This document shows positions 19,142 to 29,525 of a stretch of DNA of 64,000 bases, in pieces (within the stretch, counting starts at the first letter, position 1; each line of letters begins with the position of its first letter). This DNA comes from an uncultured delta proteobacterium. Its GTDB lineage: Bacteria > Myxococcota_A > Polyangia > Polyangiales > B10-G4. A program made the position numbers and the translations under genes. The DNA is taken from NCBI GenBank assembly GCA_963727445.1, contig CAVSGI010000015.1:192001-256000 (forward strand), read 5' to 3'. The notes below the pieces were generated by a model. It was not told the origin of the DNA. It did not search any database and worked only from the letters and a program-made list of their open reading frames with translations.

Positions 19142-20587
19142 ATGACGACACGCGACGACTGGTTCGAGATCTCCCACGACGGGTGGCGTCACCTCTCGGC
19201 GTCGCGACCGCTCGGCCGGCTCCTGCTCGAAGCGATTCAGAACGCCTTCGACGAACAGGCCGACAAGGTGCGCGTGCGTTTGTCCGAGGGCTCGATCGAA
19301 GTGGTGGACGACGCGAGCGGCGGCTTCGAGGACGAGCGCCTCGTCTACACCGTCTTCCTCTCCGAGAAACGCAACGATCCGACGCGCCGTGGACGCATGG
19401 GCCGCGGGCTCAAGGAGCTCATCGCCAGCATGTCCGCCGCGACCGTCGAGACGGTCGGCACCACGGTGGAGTTCTCTTCCTCCGGTCGCACGACCCGGCG
19501 CAACCGCCGCAAGAAGGGCACGCGCCTGGTCCTCGAGCGCGACTTCGGCGAAAAGGAGCTCGAGGAAGCGCGCGCGCTCCTCGGCACCTGCATCCCGCCG
19601 CGCGGCGTGTCGCTGCGGGTCGACAAGCAGACCGTCGCGCGACCGGAGCTGGTGCTCGAGCTGCCGTCACAGGATCTGGAGACCGTGGTCGTGGTGGACG
19701 GCGTCGAGCGCGCGGAGATGCGCGTCACCTCGGTGTCGGTCTACACGCCGCGCGAAGGCGAGACGCCGCAGGTGTACGAGATGGGTCTGCCCATCGACAC
19801 CTGGAACGTGCCCTGGCACGTCGATGTCGCGCAGCGCATCCCGATCCTCGAAGGGCGCGACGGCGTGCCCGAGCGTTTCAAGCTCGCGCTCAAGGCGACG
19901 CTCCTCGAAGCGATGATGTCGCGCTACCTCGACAAGCGCGATCTCAGGGCGGACTGGGTCCAGGACGTGATCAGCCGCTGGCCGCTCAAGACCACCATGC
20001 TCGACGCCTACGTCTCGAAGATGTTCCGGCGGGGCGCGGTGCTGGGCGGGACCCGACGGGCGAACGACCGCGCCAGGCAGCTGGGCGCTCACGTCATCGA
20101 GAGCGCGGTGATCAGCCACGGCGCCTACCTGGCCCTCGAGCGCGTGCTCGAGTCCGCCGACGACTACGTCCGCCGCCGTTCGGCGGAATTCGAGGGCGAG
20201 GACGTCGAGCCTGACGAAGAGCAGATGGCTTTTGCCGACGCCGTGCGCTGGCTCGCGCGTCGCGCCGCCGGACGGGTGGTGCGGGTTCGCTTCTTCAAGC
20301 GCGACCCCAACGACGCCGGGCTCCTCGAGGACGCGGTGACCGATCTCGACACGCGCGAGATCGCATTCAACACGCGCGCCGCGCTCCGCTTCGACGACAT
20401 CCTCGATCCCCGCACCCTCGGGCTGGTGCTCCACGAGCTCGCCCACCTCGAGACAGCGGAGCACGACCACCGCTTCATCGACCGCCTGCAGTTTCTCGCG
20501 GGACAGACCACGAAGGTGCTCGCCGAGGGCGGGCCCGAGCTGGCGACGAAGCTCCGCCGCGGCGACCCCGACGGCAAGAAGAGCTGA
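19142..20587 (+). CDS. GHKL (HATPase_c) ATPase fused to a C-terminal HExxH metallopeptidase-like domain
   Basis: EAIQNAFD (N box), DDASGG (G1), GRMGRGLK (G2), GTRL; C-terminal LVLHELAHLETAEHDHRF. Confidence 0.75.
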   Translation: MTTRDDWFEISHDGWRHLSASRPLGRLLLEAIQNAFDEQADKVRVRLSEGSIEVVDDASGGFEDERLVYTVFLSEKRNDPTRRGRMGRGLKELIASMSAATVETVGTTVEFSSSGRTTRRNRRKKGTRLVLERDFGEKELEEARALLGTCIPPRGVSLRVDKQTVARPELVLELPSQDLETVVVVDGVERAEMRVTSVSVYTPREGETPQVYEMGLPIDTWNVPWHVDVAQRIPILEGRDGVPERFKLALKATLLEAMMSRYLDKRDLRADWVQDVISRWPLKTTMLDAYVSKMFRRGAVLGGTRRANDRARQLGAHVIESAVISHGAYLALERVLESADDYVRRRSAEFEGEDVEPDEEQMAFADAVRWLARRAAGRVVRVRFFKRDPNDAGLLEDAVTDLDTREIAFNTRAALRFDDILDPRTLGLVLHELAHLETAEHDHRFIDRLQFLAGQTTKVLAEGGPELATKLRRGDPDGKKS

Positions 20588-20971
20588 TCAGGGCTCGAAG
20601 ACGACGTCGCTCGCGAAGTCGAAGGACAGGTTCCAGCCGAGGCAGAGGGGGACACCGTTGGGGCAGGTGTTCACCCAGTCGGGCTCGTCGCACGCGCAGC
20701 GCTGCTCGCCGTCGATCTCCCACACGCAGCGCTCGAAGGTGGTGGTCGGCGCCTCGCCGCTGGTCCAGCAGGTCAGCCGCGCCTCGTGCCCATCCGCGTC
20801 CCGCCCCTCGAGCGCGCACGCGTGATCGAAGGTCGTGCCCACCACGCCGCGCACCTCCGCGGGCGGACACGTGGCGCCGGCGTCCCCCGCGTCCTCCATC
20901 GTGTCGCTGCGCGCGCCGCAGGCCGCGGCCAGGCCGAGGAGAGAGGAGAGGAAGAGTGTGACGGCGCGCAT
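20588..20971 (-). CDS. Small Cys-rich lipoprotein
   Basis: MRAVTLFLSSLLGLAAA-C lipobox; 8 further Cys. Confidence 0.65.
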   Translation of the reverse strand: MRAVTLFLSSLLGLAAACGARSDTMEDAGDAGATCPPAEVRGVVGTTFDHACALEGRDADGHEARLTCWTSGEAPTTTFERCVWEIDGEQRCACDEPDWVNTCPNGVPLCLGWNLSFDFASDVVFEP

Positions 20972-21032
20972 GGGCGTGCGCAGTCTACGCTGCGCGGAGC
21001 CCAGGTGCAGCCGTGCTATACGGGCGCGACCC

Positions 21033-22001
21033 ATGAGCGCCGAGGCAGCCGAGAGCGAAGAGGGCGCTCCCCGCCGCCGGAGCCGCGGCCGCGTCATCGC
21101 TGGCGTGCTGGCCGAGATCGCCATCGTGACGCTGGTCGCCTGGGTGCTCTGGTCGCGGCGCGAAGAGCTCGGGCGTCTGTGGGCGCTGTCGGCGAGCGAC
21201 GTCGCGTGGCTCTTCGCCTTGATGGGCGTCGAGAGCTTCATCCGCGCCTTCGAATTCCGCTACTGCCTGCGGCACCTCGAAGCGCCCATCGGTTTCGGCG
21301 ACTCCTACGCGCTGGTGCACGGCGCGACGCTCCTCAACTACGGCCCGCTCAACGCGGGGACGATCCTCCGCGCCGTGTCGCTCAAACGCGCACGGGGGCT
21401 GCCCTTCACGCGCTACGTCGCGATGATGGGCATGCTCCTGTTGATGACCGTCGCCGGCGGGGCAGCGCTGGGGCTCGCGAGCCTCGCCCTCGGCGGAGGG
21501 CTCAATCCGTCCCTTCGAAACGTCCTCTTCGCCGCCTTCGCGCTCGCGCTGATCGGCGTCGCGGTGCTCGTCTATCTGCCGCCCGAACGGCTCGGCGGGT
21601 CGAGCTTCGTCGCGAAGAAGCTCTCGGGCCTCTTCGAAGCGGTGAGCCTGCTCCGCAAGCATCCGGGGCAGGTTCTGCTCCTCTTCGCCACCGCGACCAC
21701 CAAGCTCCTCCTCATCGCGGGGCGCCTCTTCGTCTGCTTCGGCGCGCTCTCCTCCGCGGTCGGCCCACTTGCGGCGGTGGTGTTCTCGGCGATCACCAGC
21801 TTGATGGTGCTCGTCTCCATCACGCCGGGCGGCGTCGGCCTGCGTGAGGTCTTCGTCGGCGCCTTCGCGGGCCTGGCCGGCATGGGCTTCGCCGAGGCGA
21901 CCCTCGCCGCCAGCATCGATCGCATCGGCATGCTGGCCTTCGCGATCCTCACCGGCATCCCGTCGCTGCTCTACCTGAAGAGGCGCGGGCTCAGCCGTTG
22001 A
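21033..22001 (+). CDS. Lysylphosphatidylglycerol-synthase TM domain (UPF0104) flippase-like protein
   Basis: Multi-TM; LLNYGPLNAG..LRA and SITPGGVGLRE family motifs. Confidence 0.8.
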   Translation: MSAEAAESEEGAPRRRSRGRVIAGVLAEIAIVTLVAWVLWSRREELGRLWALSASDVAWLFALMGVESFIRAFEFRYCLRHLEAPIGFGDSYALVHGATLLNYGPLNAGTILRAVSLKRARGLPFTRYVAMMGMLLLMTVAGGAALGLASLALGGGLNPSLRNVLFAAFALALIGVAVLVYLPPERLGGSSFVAKKLSGLFEAVSLLRKHPGQVLLLFATATTKLLLIAGRLFVCFGALSSAVGPLAAVVFSAITSLMVLVSITPGGVGLREVFVGAFAGLAGMGFAEATLAASIDRIGMLAFAILTGIPSLLYLKRRGLSR

Positions 22002-23145
22002 GCAGGCCCGCGGGTCCCCAGAGCGCTTCGCGGAGCTCACGTCCCAGCGCGTCGGGGGTGCAGCGTGCCTCGAAGAGCGCGCGCGCGTGCTCCGCGAGAG
22101 ACGCGCCGAGCGCCGGGTCGTCACGAAGCCGGAGGATGGCGTCCGCCAGCGCCCTCGGATCGGCGGGCGGCGTCAGGAGCAGGTGCTCCCCGTCCACCAT
22201 CAGCTCGCGCACGCCGGGAGAGTCGCGGGTGATGATCGGCGCGCCCACCGCCATGCATTGGTACACCTTGTTGGGGATCACCCGGGCGGCCTTGTCCGTG
22301 TCCCCGAAGATGCCGAGACACGCGCCAGCCTTCGCGATGTGGGCGCGAAGCGTCGCCGGCTCCATCCACTGATGGCGGGTCACGTCGTCGAGACCGAGCT
22401 CGTCGATCCATGCGTCGACGTCGTCGCCGAGCTGACCACTGCCGACGAGCACGAAGTGCACGTCCGCCTCGCCCTTCAGGAGCGCCGCCGCCTCGAGGAT
22501 GGTGCGTGCGCCGTGAAGGGGGGCGAACTTCGCGTAGGTGAAGACGGTGAAGCGTCCGTCGTCTTCGAGAGCGGGCTCGCTGCCGTCGGGCGGGTGGTAC
22601 TGGGCGGGGTCGGCGCCGACGAGGACCCGCAGGCACTTGTCTCGCCGCACGCCGAGCTCGCGCACGAAGTAGTCGACGTGAGCGTCGGTGTCGCAGAGGA
22701 CGACGTCCGCCATGGCGCAGGAGAGCCGGTCGACGAGCCTCAGGGCCTTCGCCGCCGGCGAGCCCTCGGCGAAGATGCGGCGGTCGTTCACCAGCGTGTC
22801 GTAGAGCGAGATGAAGGCGTCGAAGACCAGCGGCTCGCCTCGGAGGCGGCACAGGGGCGCGAGCAGGATCGCGTCGAGGTGGCCGAGGTAGCCCACCAGG
22901 GCCGCGTCGTGCTCGGCGCTCCTCACGTAGCGGCGCGCGAGTCGCAGGTAGGCGCGCGCGGCGCTCGCCGCCAGGGTGAGGGCGTCCATCGGGCTCGAGA
23001 GCGCTCCGGTCTTGTGACGGCGCTCGTCCCAGACCGCCTCGTGGCAGGTGTCCACCGCGATGTCGGCGCTGGCGAGCGCCTGCGCGAGGATGCGATTGCG
23101 CTCGTAGTCCGCTTCGTAGGTGCCGAGGTAGCAGAGCGATCTCAT
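21991..23145 (-). CDS. Glycosyltransferase family 4
   Basis: FDAFISLYDT, FAPLHG, CLGIFG...VIPNKVYQCMAVGAPII, PADPRALADAI. Overlaps the methyltransferase stop (ATGA). Confidence 0.88.
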   Translation of the reverse strand: MRSLCYLGTYEADYERNRILAQALASADIAVDTCHEAVWDERRHKTGALSSPMDALTLAASAARAYLRLARRYVRSAEHDAALVGYLGHLDAILLAPLCRLRGEPLVFDAFISLYDTLVNDRRIFAEGSPAAKALRLVDRLSCAMADVVLCDTDAHVDYFVRELGVRRDKCLRVLVGADPAQYHPPDGSEPALEDDGRFTVFTYAKFAPLHGARTILEAAALLKGEADVHFVLVGSGQLGDDVDAWIDELGLDDVTRHQWMEPATLRAHIAKAGACLGIFGDTDKAARVIPNKVYQCMAVGAPIITRDSPGVRELMVDGEHLLLTPPADPRALADAILRLRDDPALGASLAEHARALFEARCTPDALGRELREALWGPAGLLNG

Positions 23146-23936
23146 CGCCCGTCCGGCGGCCGCCGTGCGACCAGAATGAAGCCGTTGCTCAGCTCGGTGT
23201 CGAGGAAGGCGCGCTGCACCCGGCAGAGGCTTCGCATGAGCAGGAGCCCCGGCGCCGACGCCTGTAGCGGGAAGAGGCGCGACTCGTTCTCGCGATCGAC
23301 GCCGCTCTCGGCGGTGCCTTCTTCGCGGCTCGCCTTCGTACCGCGCTGCCAGGTGCGCGCTCGGATCTTCTCGAGCAGCGGCGTGAGCGGAAAGCCGTAG
23401 GATTCGAGCGCCAGGACCTCGAGGCCGGCATCGCGCGCGAGCGCGCGAAGCTGGTGCGACTCGTAGCGGCGGTAGTGTCCGGCCCACTCGTCGGTGGGGT
23501 TCCACTTGCGCTGGTGCGCCGGAACGGAGAGCACGAGGCGCCCGCCCGGTGCCAGCCATGAAGCCCACGCCGCGAACGCAGCGCGATCGTCCTCGATGTG
23601 CTCGAGCACCTCGAAGGCGAGGACCGCGTCGAAGCAGGCCCGCCACGCGTCGTCGTGCGCGCTCCGCACCTCAGCGTCCGGCAGCCCGTCGAGGAGCGCG
23701 CGCGCGATCTGTCGCGCGCGCTCGCCGGTCTCCACCGCTGTCACCGAGTGCCCGCGCGCGCCGAGCTCGCTCAAGAGCGCGCCCGCGCCGCAACCGATCT
23801 CCACCACGCGAGACGGCGGGGACAGTTCACGCAGGTGCGTCAGCACTCGGTCGCGCCGAAGCACGTACGTCGGCGCCGGGACCCACCCCGCATCGGGCAG
23901 CACCGGGCCGTAGAACGGGTGATTCGTGTGCATCAC
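23142..23936 (-). CDS. Class I SAM-dependent methyltransferase
   Basis: VVEIGCGAG, FDAVLAFEVLEHIEDD, LAPGGRLVLSVPA..W...DEWAGHYRRY. Confidence 0.9.
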   Translation of the reverse strand: MMHTNHPFYGPVLPDAGWVPAPTYVLRRDRVLTHLRELSPPSRVVEIGCGAGALLSELGARGHSVTAVETGERARQIARALLDGLPDAEVRSAHDDAWRACFDAVLAFEVLEHIEDDRAAFAAWASWLAPGGRLVLSVPAHQRKWNPTDEWAGHYRRYESHQLRALARDAGLEVLALESYGFPLTPLLEKIRARTWQRGTKASREEGTAESGVDRENESRLFPLQASAPGLLLMRSLCRVQRAFLDTELSNGFILVARRPPDGR

Positions 23937-24093
23937 GGCGCGCGCGGCATAGCACGGGCCGCGCGCGAACGCTCAGGGGTCCGGGTTCTCACTCCTCGCG
24001 TCCGCGAGGAGGCCAAAAATCGGCGCGGTCTCCTTTACGGGGGCGGTGGCCGCGGTTAGGTTCCGGGGCCTTCGATTTGTCAGGAGATACGAC

Positions 24094-25969
24094 GTGGCGC
24101 GTTTCATCGACGAGCTCAAGCGAACCCACACCTGCGGCGCCCTGCGCGAAGGCGACATCGGCGAAGATGCCGTGCTCTTCGGCTGGGTGCAGCGCCGCCG
24201 CGACATGGGCGGTTTCCTCTTCGTCGATCTTCGCAGATCGCGACGGGATCACGCAGCTCGTCTTCGACCCGGAGTCCGAGGTCTACGCGCTCGCGAGCGA
24301 GCTCCGCCCCGAGTGGGTGATCGGCGTGCGCGGCAAGGTGCGCGACCGCGGTGTCCACAAGACGAAGGACGGGCAGGAGAAGTCGCAGCGCAATCCGGAC
24401 TCCCCACCGGCGCCGTCGAGGTGCTGGTCGAAGAGGCCGACGTCTTCAACAAGGCCGAGACGCCGCCCTTCGAGATCGAGGACGACATCGACACCCAGCG
24501 AGGAGAAGCGCCTCGAGCACCGCTACCTCGATCTCGCGGCGTCCGCGACTGCAGAAGAACCTCGATCACGCGCCACAACCTGAACCGGGTTACGCGCGAG
24601 TACTTCTGCGACAAGGGCTTCCTCGAGATCGAGACGCCTTACATGGTGAAGTACACCCCAGGCGGCGCGCGGGCATTCCTCGTGCCTTCGCGCGTTCACC
24701 ACGGCAACTTCTACGCGCTCGCCGAGAGCCCGCAGCTCTACAAGCAGCTGCTCATGGTGCGCGGGCTACGACCGCTACTACCAGATCGTGCGCTGCTTCC
24801 GTGACGAGGACCTTCGCATCGACCGTCAGCCGGAGTTCACCCAGATCGACGTGGAGATGAGCTTCATCAACCAGGACGATCTCTTCACGATGATCGAGGG
24901 CCTGGTGTTCCGCCTCTGGAAAGAGGTGCTCGGCGTCGACCTGAAGGAGCGCTACACGGACGCGACTTTCCCGCGTATGAAGTTCGCCGAGGCGATGGAG
25001 AAGTACGGCAACGACAAGCCGGACCTCCGCTTCGGCCTGGAGCACACCGACCTCACGGACCTGATCGTCGCGCAGAAGGGCGGCGGCATCGCCTTCTGGG
25101 CGCCGATCGCGGACAAGTTCGCGTCGGGCGAGTATCGCCGCGAGCTCCCCGCCGAGATCGTGAAAGCGATGGTGGTTCCGGCGTCGGCCAACTTCAGCCG
25201 CAAGGACGCCGACGGCCTCGAGAAGCTCGTCAAGCAGATGGGCGCCAAGGGCCTGGCGCGCGCGAAGGTCGGCGACGACGGCGCGTGGACTCAGAGCGCG
25301 CTGTCCAAGACCGTGACCGACGAGGCGCGCGAGGCCATCAACGAAGCGGTGGGCGCTGGGCCGGGAGACTTGATCCTCTTCCAGTTCGGCAAGGCCTCGC
25401 AGGTCCACACCATCATGGCGAACCTGCGGGTGCACGTCGCCAAGAAGATCGGCCTCATCCCGGAGACGGGGAGCGGCGGAGAGTGGAACTTCCTGTGGAT
25501 CATCGATCCGCCGCTCTTCGAGGAAGACGACGAGGGCGGCTGGGCCGCGGCGCATCACATCTTCACGCGCCCGCACGACGAGCACGTCGCGCTCGTGGAG
25601 AAGGATCCGGGTCTGGTGCAGTGCTACCGCTACGACCTCGTGCTGAACGGCTTCGAGATCGCCGGCGGCTCCATCCGTCTGCACGACCCCGAGGTCCAGC
25701 AGATGGTCTTCCGCACCATCGGGCTCTCCGACGAAGAGGCGCGCGAGAAGTTCGGCTTCCTCCTCGACGCGCTGAAGTACGGCGCGCCGCCTCACGGCGG
25801 CATCGCGATGGGGATGGACCGGGTGGCGCTCCTCGCCGCGGAGTCCGAGTCGATCCGCGACGTGGTCGCCTTCCCCAAGACCCAGCGGGCCTACGATTTG
25901 ATGACCGGCGCGCCCAGCGAAGTGGCCCCCGCGCAGCTTCAAGCCTTGAAGCTCCAGGTCACCGAGTAA
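24094..25969 (+). CDS. aspS: Aspartate--tRNA ligase, with about 6 apparent single-base indels at 24235-24760 (probable assembly errors)
   Basis: RBS AGGAG + GTG; RTHTCG, GWVQRRRDMGG, TPGGAR.FLVPSR, LAESPQLYKQLLM, RCFRDEDLR.DRQPEFTQ.D.EMSF, GGSIR.H, GAPPHGG.A.G.DR, distributed across frames. Confidence 0.95.
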
Positions 25970-26010
25970 GGGTTGTCTCTGGCGTTCGCGAGTCTGTATG
26001 ATTCGCGGCC

Positions 26011-26352
26011 GTGGGTGACGACGATCGCCGAGAGCTGCAGCGGCACGAGGTCTGGTTTCCGATGCACATCGTGACCGAGCGTCACGGTCGCCAGATCGCC
26101 GTGAGCCACGACGCGAGCGCCAAGGGCCTCCTCGTCGCGACGCCCAACGAGATCGAGGTCGGCGCGCCGGTCACGATCACCCTGCGCCTCCCCGGCCGTG
26201 ACGGCGGCGAGATGACCGTCGAGGGCGTGATCGTCCGCGTCGAGCCGAACGAGAACGACCCCGACGGACCCCTCGGCTGCCACTGCGCCATCCAGTTCGA
26301 CGAAGAGATCCCCGAGCTCAAAGAAGCGCTCGAGGAATTCAACCCGTCCTGA
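26011..26352 (+). CDS. PilZ-domain protein
   Basis: RRELQR (RxxxR) and DASAKG (DxSxxG). Confidence 0.8.
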   Translation: MGDDDRRELQRHEVWFPMHIVTERHGRQIAVSHDASAKGLLVATPNEIEVGAPVTITLRLPGRDGGEMTVEGVIVRVEPNENDPDGPLGCHCAIQFDEEIPELKEALEEFNPS

Positions 26353-26353
26353 C

Positions 26354-27526
26354 TCAGGCGAGGGATGGCCTCGAGCTCACGACGAGCTCGGAGGGCGCGT
26401 CAGGGAGCTGCTCGGCGTAGAGGCGGGTGCCGGCGCTGACGCGAATGCGGTGGCCGCGCCAGGTGACGTGGCGTCGCAAGGGCGCGATCTGCCATAGCGC
26501 CATCGCGATCAGCTCGCGGGGGATGGACAACAGGAGCGCGCGGCCGAGACCGGCTCGGCCGCGGAGGGAGAGCCAGCCGAGGGCGTCGCGACCGAGCGTG
26601 GCGAGGACGGCCACGGCGAGGGCCGGCGCGAGGGGCACTCCGAAGAGCGGCGCCATGCCGGCGACAGCCAGCGGGCGGGTGAGCGGCTCGAGGGAGAAGG
26701 CCACCGGCGACAGGCGCGCGCGCATCATCGACCAGCGCAGATGCCGTCGCGCGAACGCGCGCACGCTGCCGGCGCGGTTGATGCTGGCAATGGGCGTCGG
26801 GGCGAGCGCGATGCGATAGCCAGCCTCGTGAAACATGCGGCCGACGACGTAGTCCTCGGCGAGCACCGAGGCGACGGACTCGAAGCCGCCGAGTCGCTCG
26901 AAGGTGCTGAGCCGGAACGCCATCGACTTGCCGATCACCATCGGATGAATCCCGAGCCCGGTGCCGATCGCGCACGCTGACGCGATCTCGCCGTTGAGCG
27001 TGAGGGCGTCGAAGGTCGCGCCCACGCTCTCGTCGCCGGTGCCACAGACGAAGGAGGTCACGAGGCCCACGCGATGCTCGCCCAGGCGCGCGACCATCTC
27101 GCGCGCGTAGGCCGGATGCGCCGAGGTGTTGGCGTCGCTGATGATCAGCGTGTCGTAACGCGCGGCGCTGAGCATGGCGCGGAGGTTGTCGACCTTGGGG
27201 TTGAGGCCGCGCCCGCCATCGTGCTCGACGAAGGCGACATCGACGGCGGGATGACGCGCTGCCACGCCGCGGGCGATGGCGAGAGCCGGGTCGCCGGCGC
27301 GCGCGCCGAAGACGAGCTGAAAGCGCGGATGGTTCTGAACGAAGAAGGTCTCGAGGAGCGACGCGAGATCGTCGTCGGCCCCCGCGAGGGGCTTGAGAAT
27401 CGTGACCGGCGCGCGCGCGACCTCGGTCACCTTCTCCGATCGGATCGCCCACAGGGTGTGGGCGGCGAGGGCGATCCACACGAGCCCGATCAGAGAGACG
27501 AAAGCGAATGCGATCACGGCCATCAC
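26354..27526 (-). CDS. GT21/GT2 ceramide-glucosyltransferase (HpnI-like) glycosyltransferase
   Basis: TILKPLAG, GLNPKVDNL, IISDAN, GKSMAFR, LAEDY, RHLRW. Confidence 0.85.
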   Translation of the reverse strand: MMAVIAFAFVSLIGLVWIALAAHTLWAIRSEKVTEVARAPVTILKPLAGADDDLASLLETFFVQNHPRFQLVFGARAGDPALAIARGVAARHPAVDVAFVEHDGGRGLNPKVDNLRAMLSAARYDTLIISDANTSAHPAYAREMVARLGEHRVGLVTSFVCGTGDESVGATFDALTLNGEIASACAIGTGLGIHPMVIGKSMAFRLSTFERLGGFESVASVLAEDYVVGRMFHEAGYRIALAPTPIASINRAGSVRAFARRHLRWSMMRARLSPVAFSLEPLTRPLAVAGMAPLFGVPLAPALAVAVLATLGRDALGWLSLRGRAGLGRALLLSIPRELIAMALWQIAPLRRHVTWRGHRIRVSAGTRLYAEQLPDAPSELVVSSRPSLA

Positions 27527-27685
27527 TACCTCCAGCGGCGGGCTTCGATGCGCCCGCGCCCCGAAGAGAGCCGGATTCGTGCCAGGGCTCGGCGGCTGAA
27601 AATCATTGCTGAATGCTCCTGTGGGTGCGAAGAGGAGGTGGCGATTCGGTCAATTCCGGCCGCGTAGCCGGTTTTACAGCCGAGG

Positions 27686-28573
27686 GTGGGAGTCATCTCC
27701 ACGAGCCAGCAAAGACGCGGTGCGGCCCTCGCGCTCACGGCGGCGGTGGTGGCGATCTCCTTCGCCGCGATCTTCTTCCGCAAGGCCGCGCCGACCCATC
27801 CGCTGGTGATGGCGGGGGTGCGGCTCGCGATCGCCTCCGTGATCCTCGCGCCTTTCACCCTGCGCGGCCTCAGACGCGGAACGTTCACGCGCCCGATGGC
27901 GGTCTCCGGCGTCTTCGGCGGCCTCGCCTACGCGGCGCACTTCGGCATGTGGGTGAGCTCGCTCTCCCTCACCTCCGTCGCCGCCTCGGTGACGCTGGTG
28001 ACGGCGACGCCGCTCCTGCTCGCGGTGGTCGCGCTCGCGACCGGCCGCGATCGCCCCGACGGGAAGCACTTCGCCTCGATCGCCCTCGCCATCGCGGGCC
28101 TCCTGCTCATCGGCGGCGCGGACTTCTCGAGTCGCGACGCGCTCATCGGCGACGCCCTGGCCTTCGCGGGCGCGGCGGCGATGGCCGGCTACATGCTCAT
28201 CGTTCGGCGACACGGGGAGGCCCTCGACGTCTGGGCCTTCTCCGGCGTCACCACCAGCGTCGGCGCGCTCACGCTCCTGGCTTGCGCCGCGGGCGCCGGC
28301 ATCCCCATCGTGATCCCGACGGTGGAGGCCGGCGTCTACATCGCCCTCGCCGCGCTGGTCCCGCAGATCATCGGCCACACCGGATTGACGTGGGCCCTTC
28401 GCCACACGCGGCCCACCGTCGTGGGCATCGCCACCGTCGGAGAGCCCGTGGGATCGACGATCCTCGCCGCTCTCTGGCTCGGCGAGCGCGCCGGCCCGGC
28501 GACCCTCGTCGGCTGCGCCATCGTCCTGGTCGCGGTCGTGGTCGCGGTGTACGAGCCGCGAAAGCGGAGCTGA
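27686..28573 (+). CDS. DMT/EamA family transporter
   Basis: About 10 TM; AISFAAIF, GDALA..GA, PQIIGH, EPVGSTILA..LGE. Confidence 0.9.
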   Translation: MGVISTSQQRRGAALALTAAVVAISFAAIFFRKAAPTHPLVMAGVRLAIASVILAPFTLRGLRRGTFTRPMAVSGVFGGLAYAAHFGMWVSSLSLTSVAASVTLVTATPLLLAVVALATGRDRPDGKHFASIALAIAGLLLIGGADFSSRDALIGDALAFAGAAAMAGYMLIVRRHGEALDVWAFSGVTTSVGALTLLACAAGAGIPIVIPTVEAGVYIALAALVPQIIGHTGLTWALRHTRPTVVGIATVGEPVGSTILAALWLGERAGPATLVGCAIVLVAVVVAVYEPRKRS

Positions 28574-28577
28574 TGGC

Positions 28578-29525
28578 TCAGAAACGGAAGCGGGCCGAAG
28601 CCGCGCATCCGTCGCCGGTGCAGGCGAAGCCGAGGCTCGTGTCCTCTTCCTCGTCTGCGCTACCGACCCCGAGCGCCAGGAGCACGGCGCCGACCGCGAC
28701 GGTCGCGAGGCCGCCGAAGAGCATGATGTCGGTGACGGTGGCGAGGGTCCGACCGCTGTCGCGCGCCGACTCGAAGCCGGGCGCGCACGCCCCGTCCGCG
28801 GTGCACATGTCGTCGAGCTCGCCCTTCTTCCCGAGCGCCATGACGCCAGTGATGACCGAGACCACCACCAGCGCACCACCCGCGCCCATGACGATGATCG
28901 GCACGAGAGGAACGCCGCCCCCTTCTTCTTCTTCTTCGTCCACGAGCGCCTGATCGCTGGTGTCGACCCCGGTCTGTGTTCCGTCGTCGAGCCCCCCGGT
29001 CGGCGTCGTGGTCGTCGTGTCCCGACCGGTCTCGGTGCCGGTCTGGTTCTCGGTCGTCGTCTGCGTCGGGGTGCTCGTCGTCGAGCTCTGGGACTGCGTC
29101 GCCGCGGCCGCGCGCTGCTGCTCGAGCCGGCGCTCCATGCCCTCGAGCTGGGCTTCGAGGCGGATGCGCGTGTCGCTGGGCGGGCTTCCCTCCGAGAGAT
29201 AGGCGCGGAGCGCCTCTACGGCATGGCCGAGCTCACTCGCATCGCGCCAGGCGAGGAAGAGGTTGTACAGGAGCGTGGGGCGGTGCGAGAGGTCGTACGC
29301 CTGTTGGTACTCGCCCGCCGCCTCCGCGAAGCGACCGCTCTCGTAGTAAGCGGTGCCGAGTCGGAAATGGACGCGCGCTTCTTCGTCGTTGTCGGCGCCG
29401 GACTCCTCCTCGTCACCGTCTTGTGCACACACCACGGACGGCGCGGCGACGACGCACGCGGCGAGGACGAGCATCAGCAGCGCATGGAACGTCGACATTC
29501 GGTTCTTCATCGCGTGCTCCGTCAT
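28578..29525 (-). CDS. Exported TPR protein with Thr-rich linker and C-terminal hydrophobic segments
   Basis: Signal peptide; EARVHFRLGTAYYESGRFAEAA..AY....P.LLYN TPR; overlaps the RCC1 gene stop. Confidence 0.8.
   Translation of the reverse strand: MTEHAMKNRMSTFHALLMLVLAACVVAAPSVVCAQDGDEEESGADNDEEARVHFRLGTAYYESGRFAEAAGEYQQAYDLSHRPTLLYNLFLAWRDASELGHAVEALRAYLSEGSPPSDTRIRLEAQLEGMERRLEQQRAAAATQSQSSTTSTPTQTTTENQTGTETGRDTTTTTPTGGLDDGTQTGVDTSDQALVDEEEEEGGGVPLVPIIVMGAGGALVVVSVITGVMALGKKGELDDMCTADGACAPGFESARDSGRTLATVTDIMLFGGLATVAVGAVLLALGVGSADEEEDTSLGFACTGDGCAASARFRF

Noticed and set aside
21033..23936. Novel system in the methyltransferase/GT4/flippase cluster
   Set aside because: An ordinary envelope glycosylation gene set with nothing unusual visible.
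24094..25969. aspS as a pseudogene or programmed-frameshift gene
   Set aside because: It is normally essential, the motifs are intact with no other decay, and six clustered indels lack slippery sites. Assembly error is the better explanation, and the same applies to clpB.
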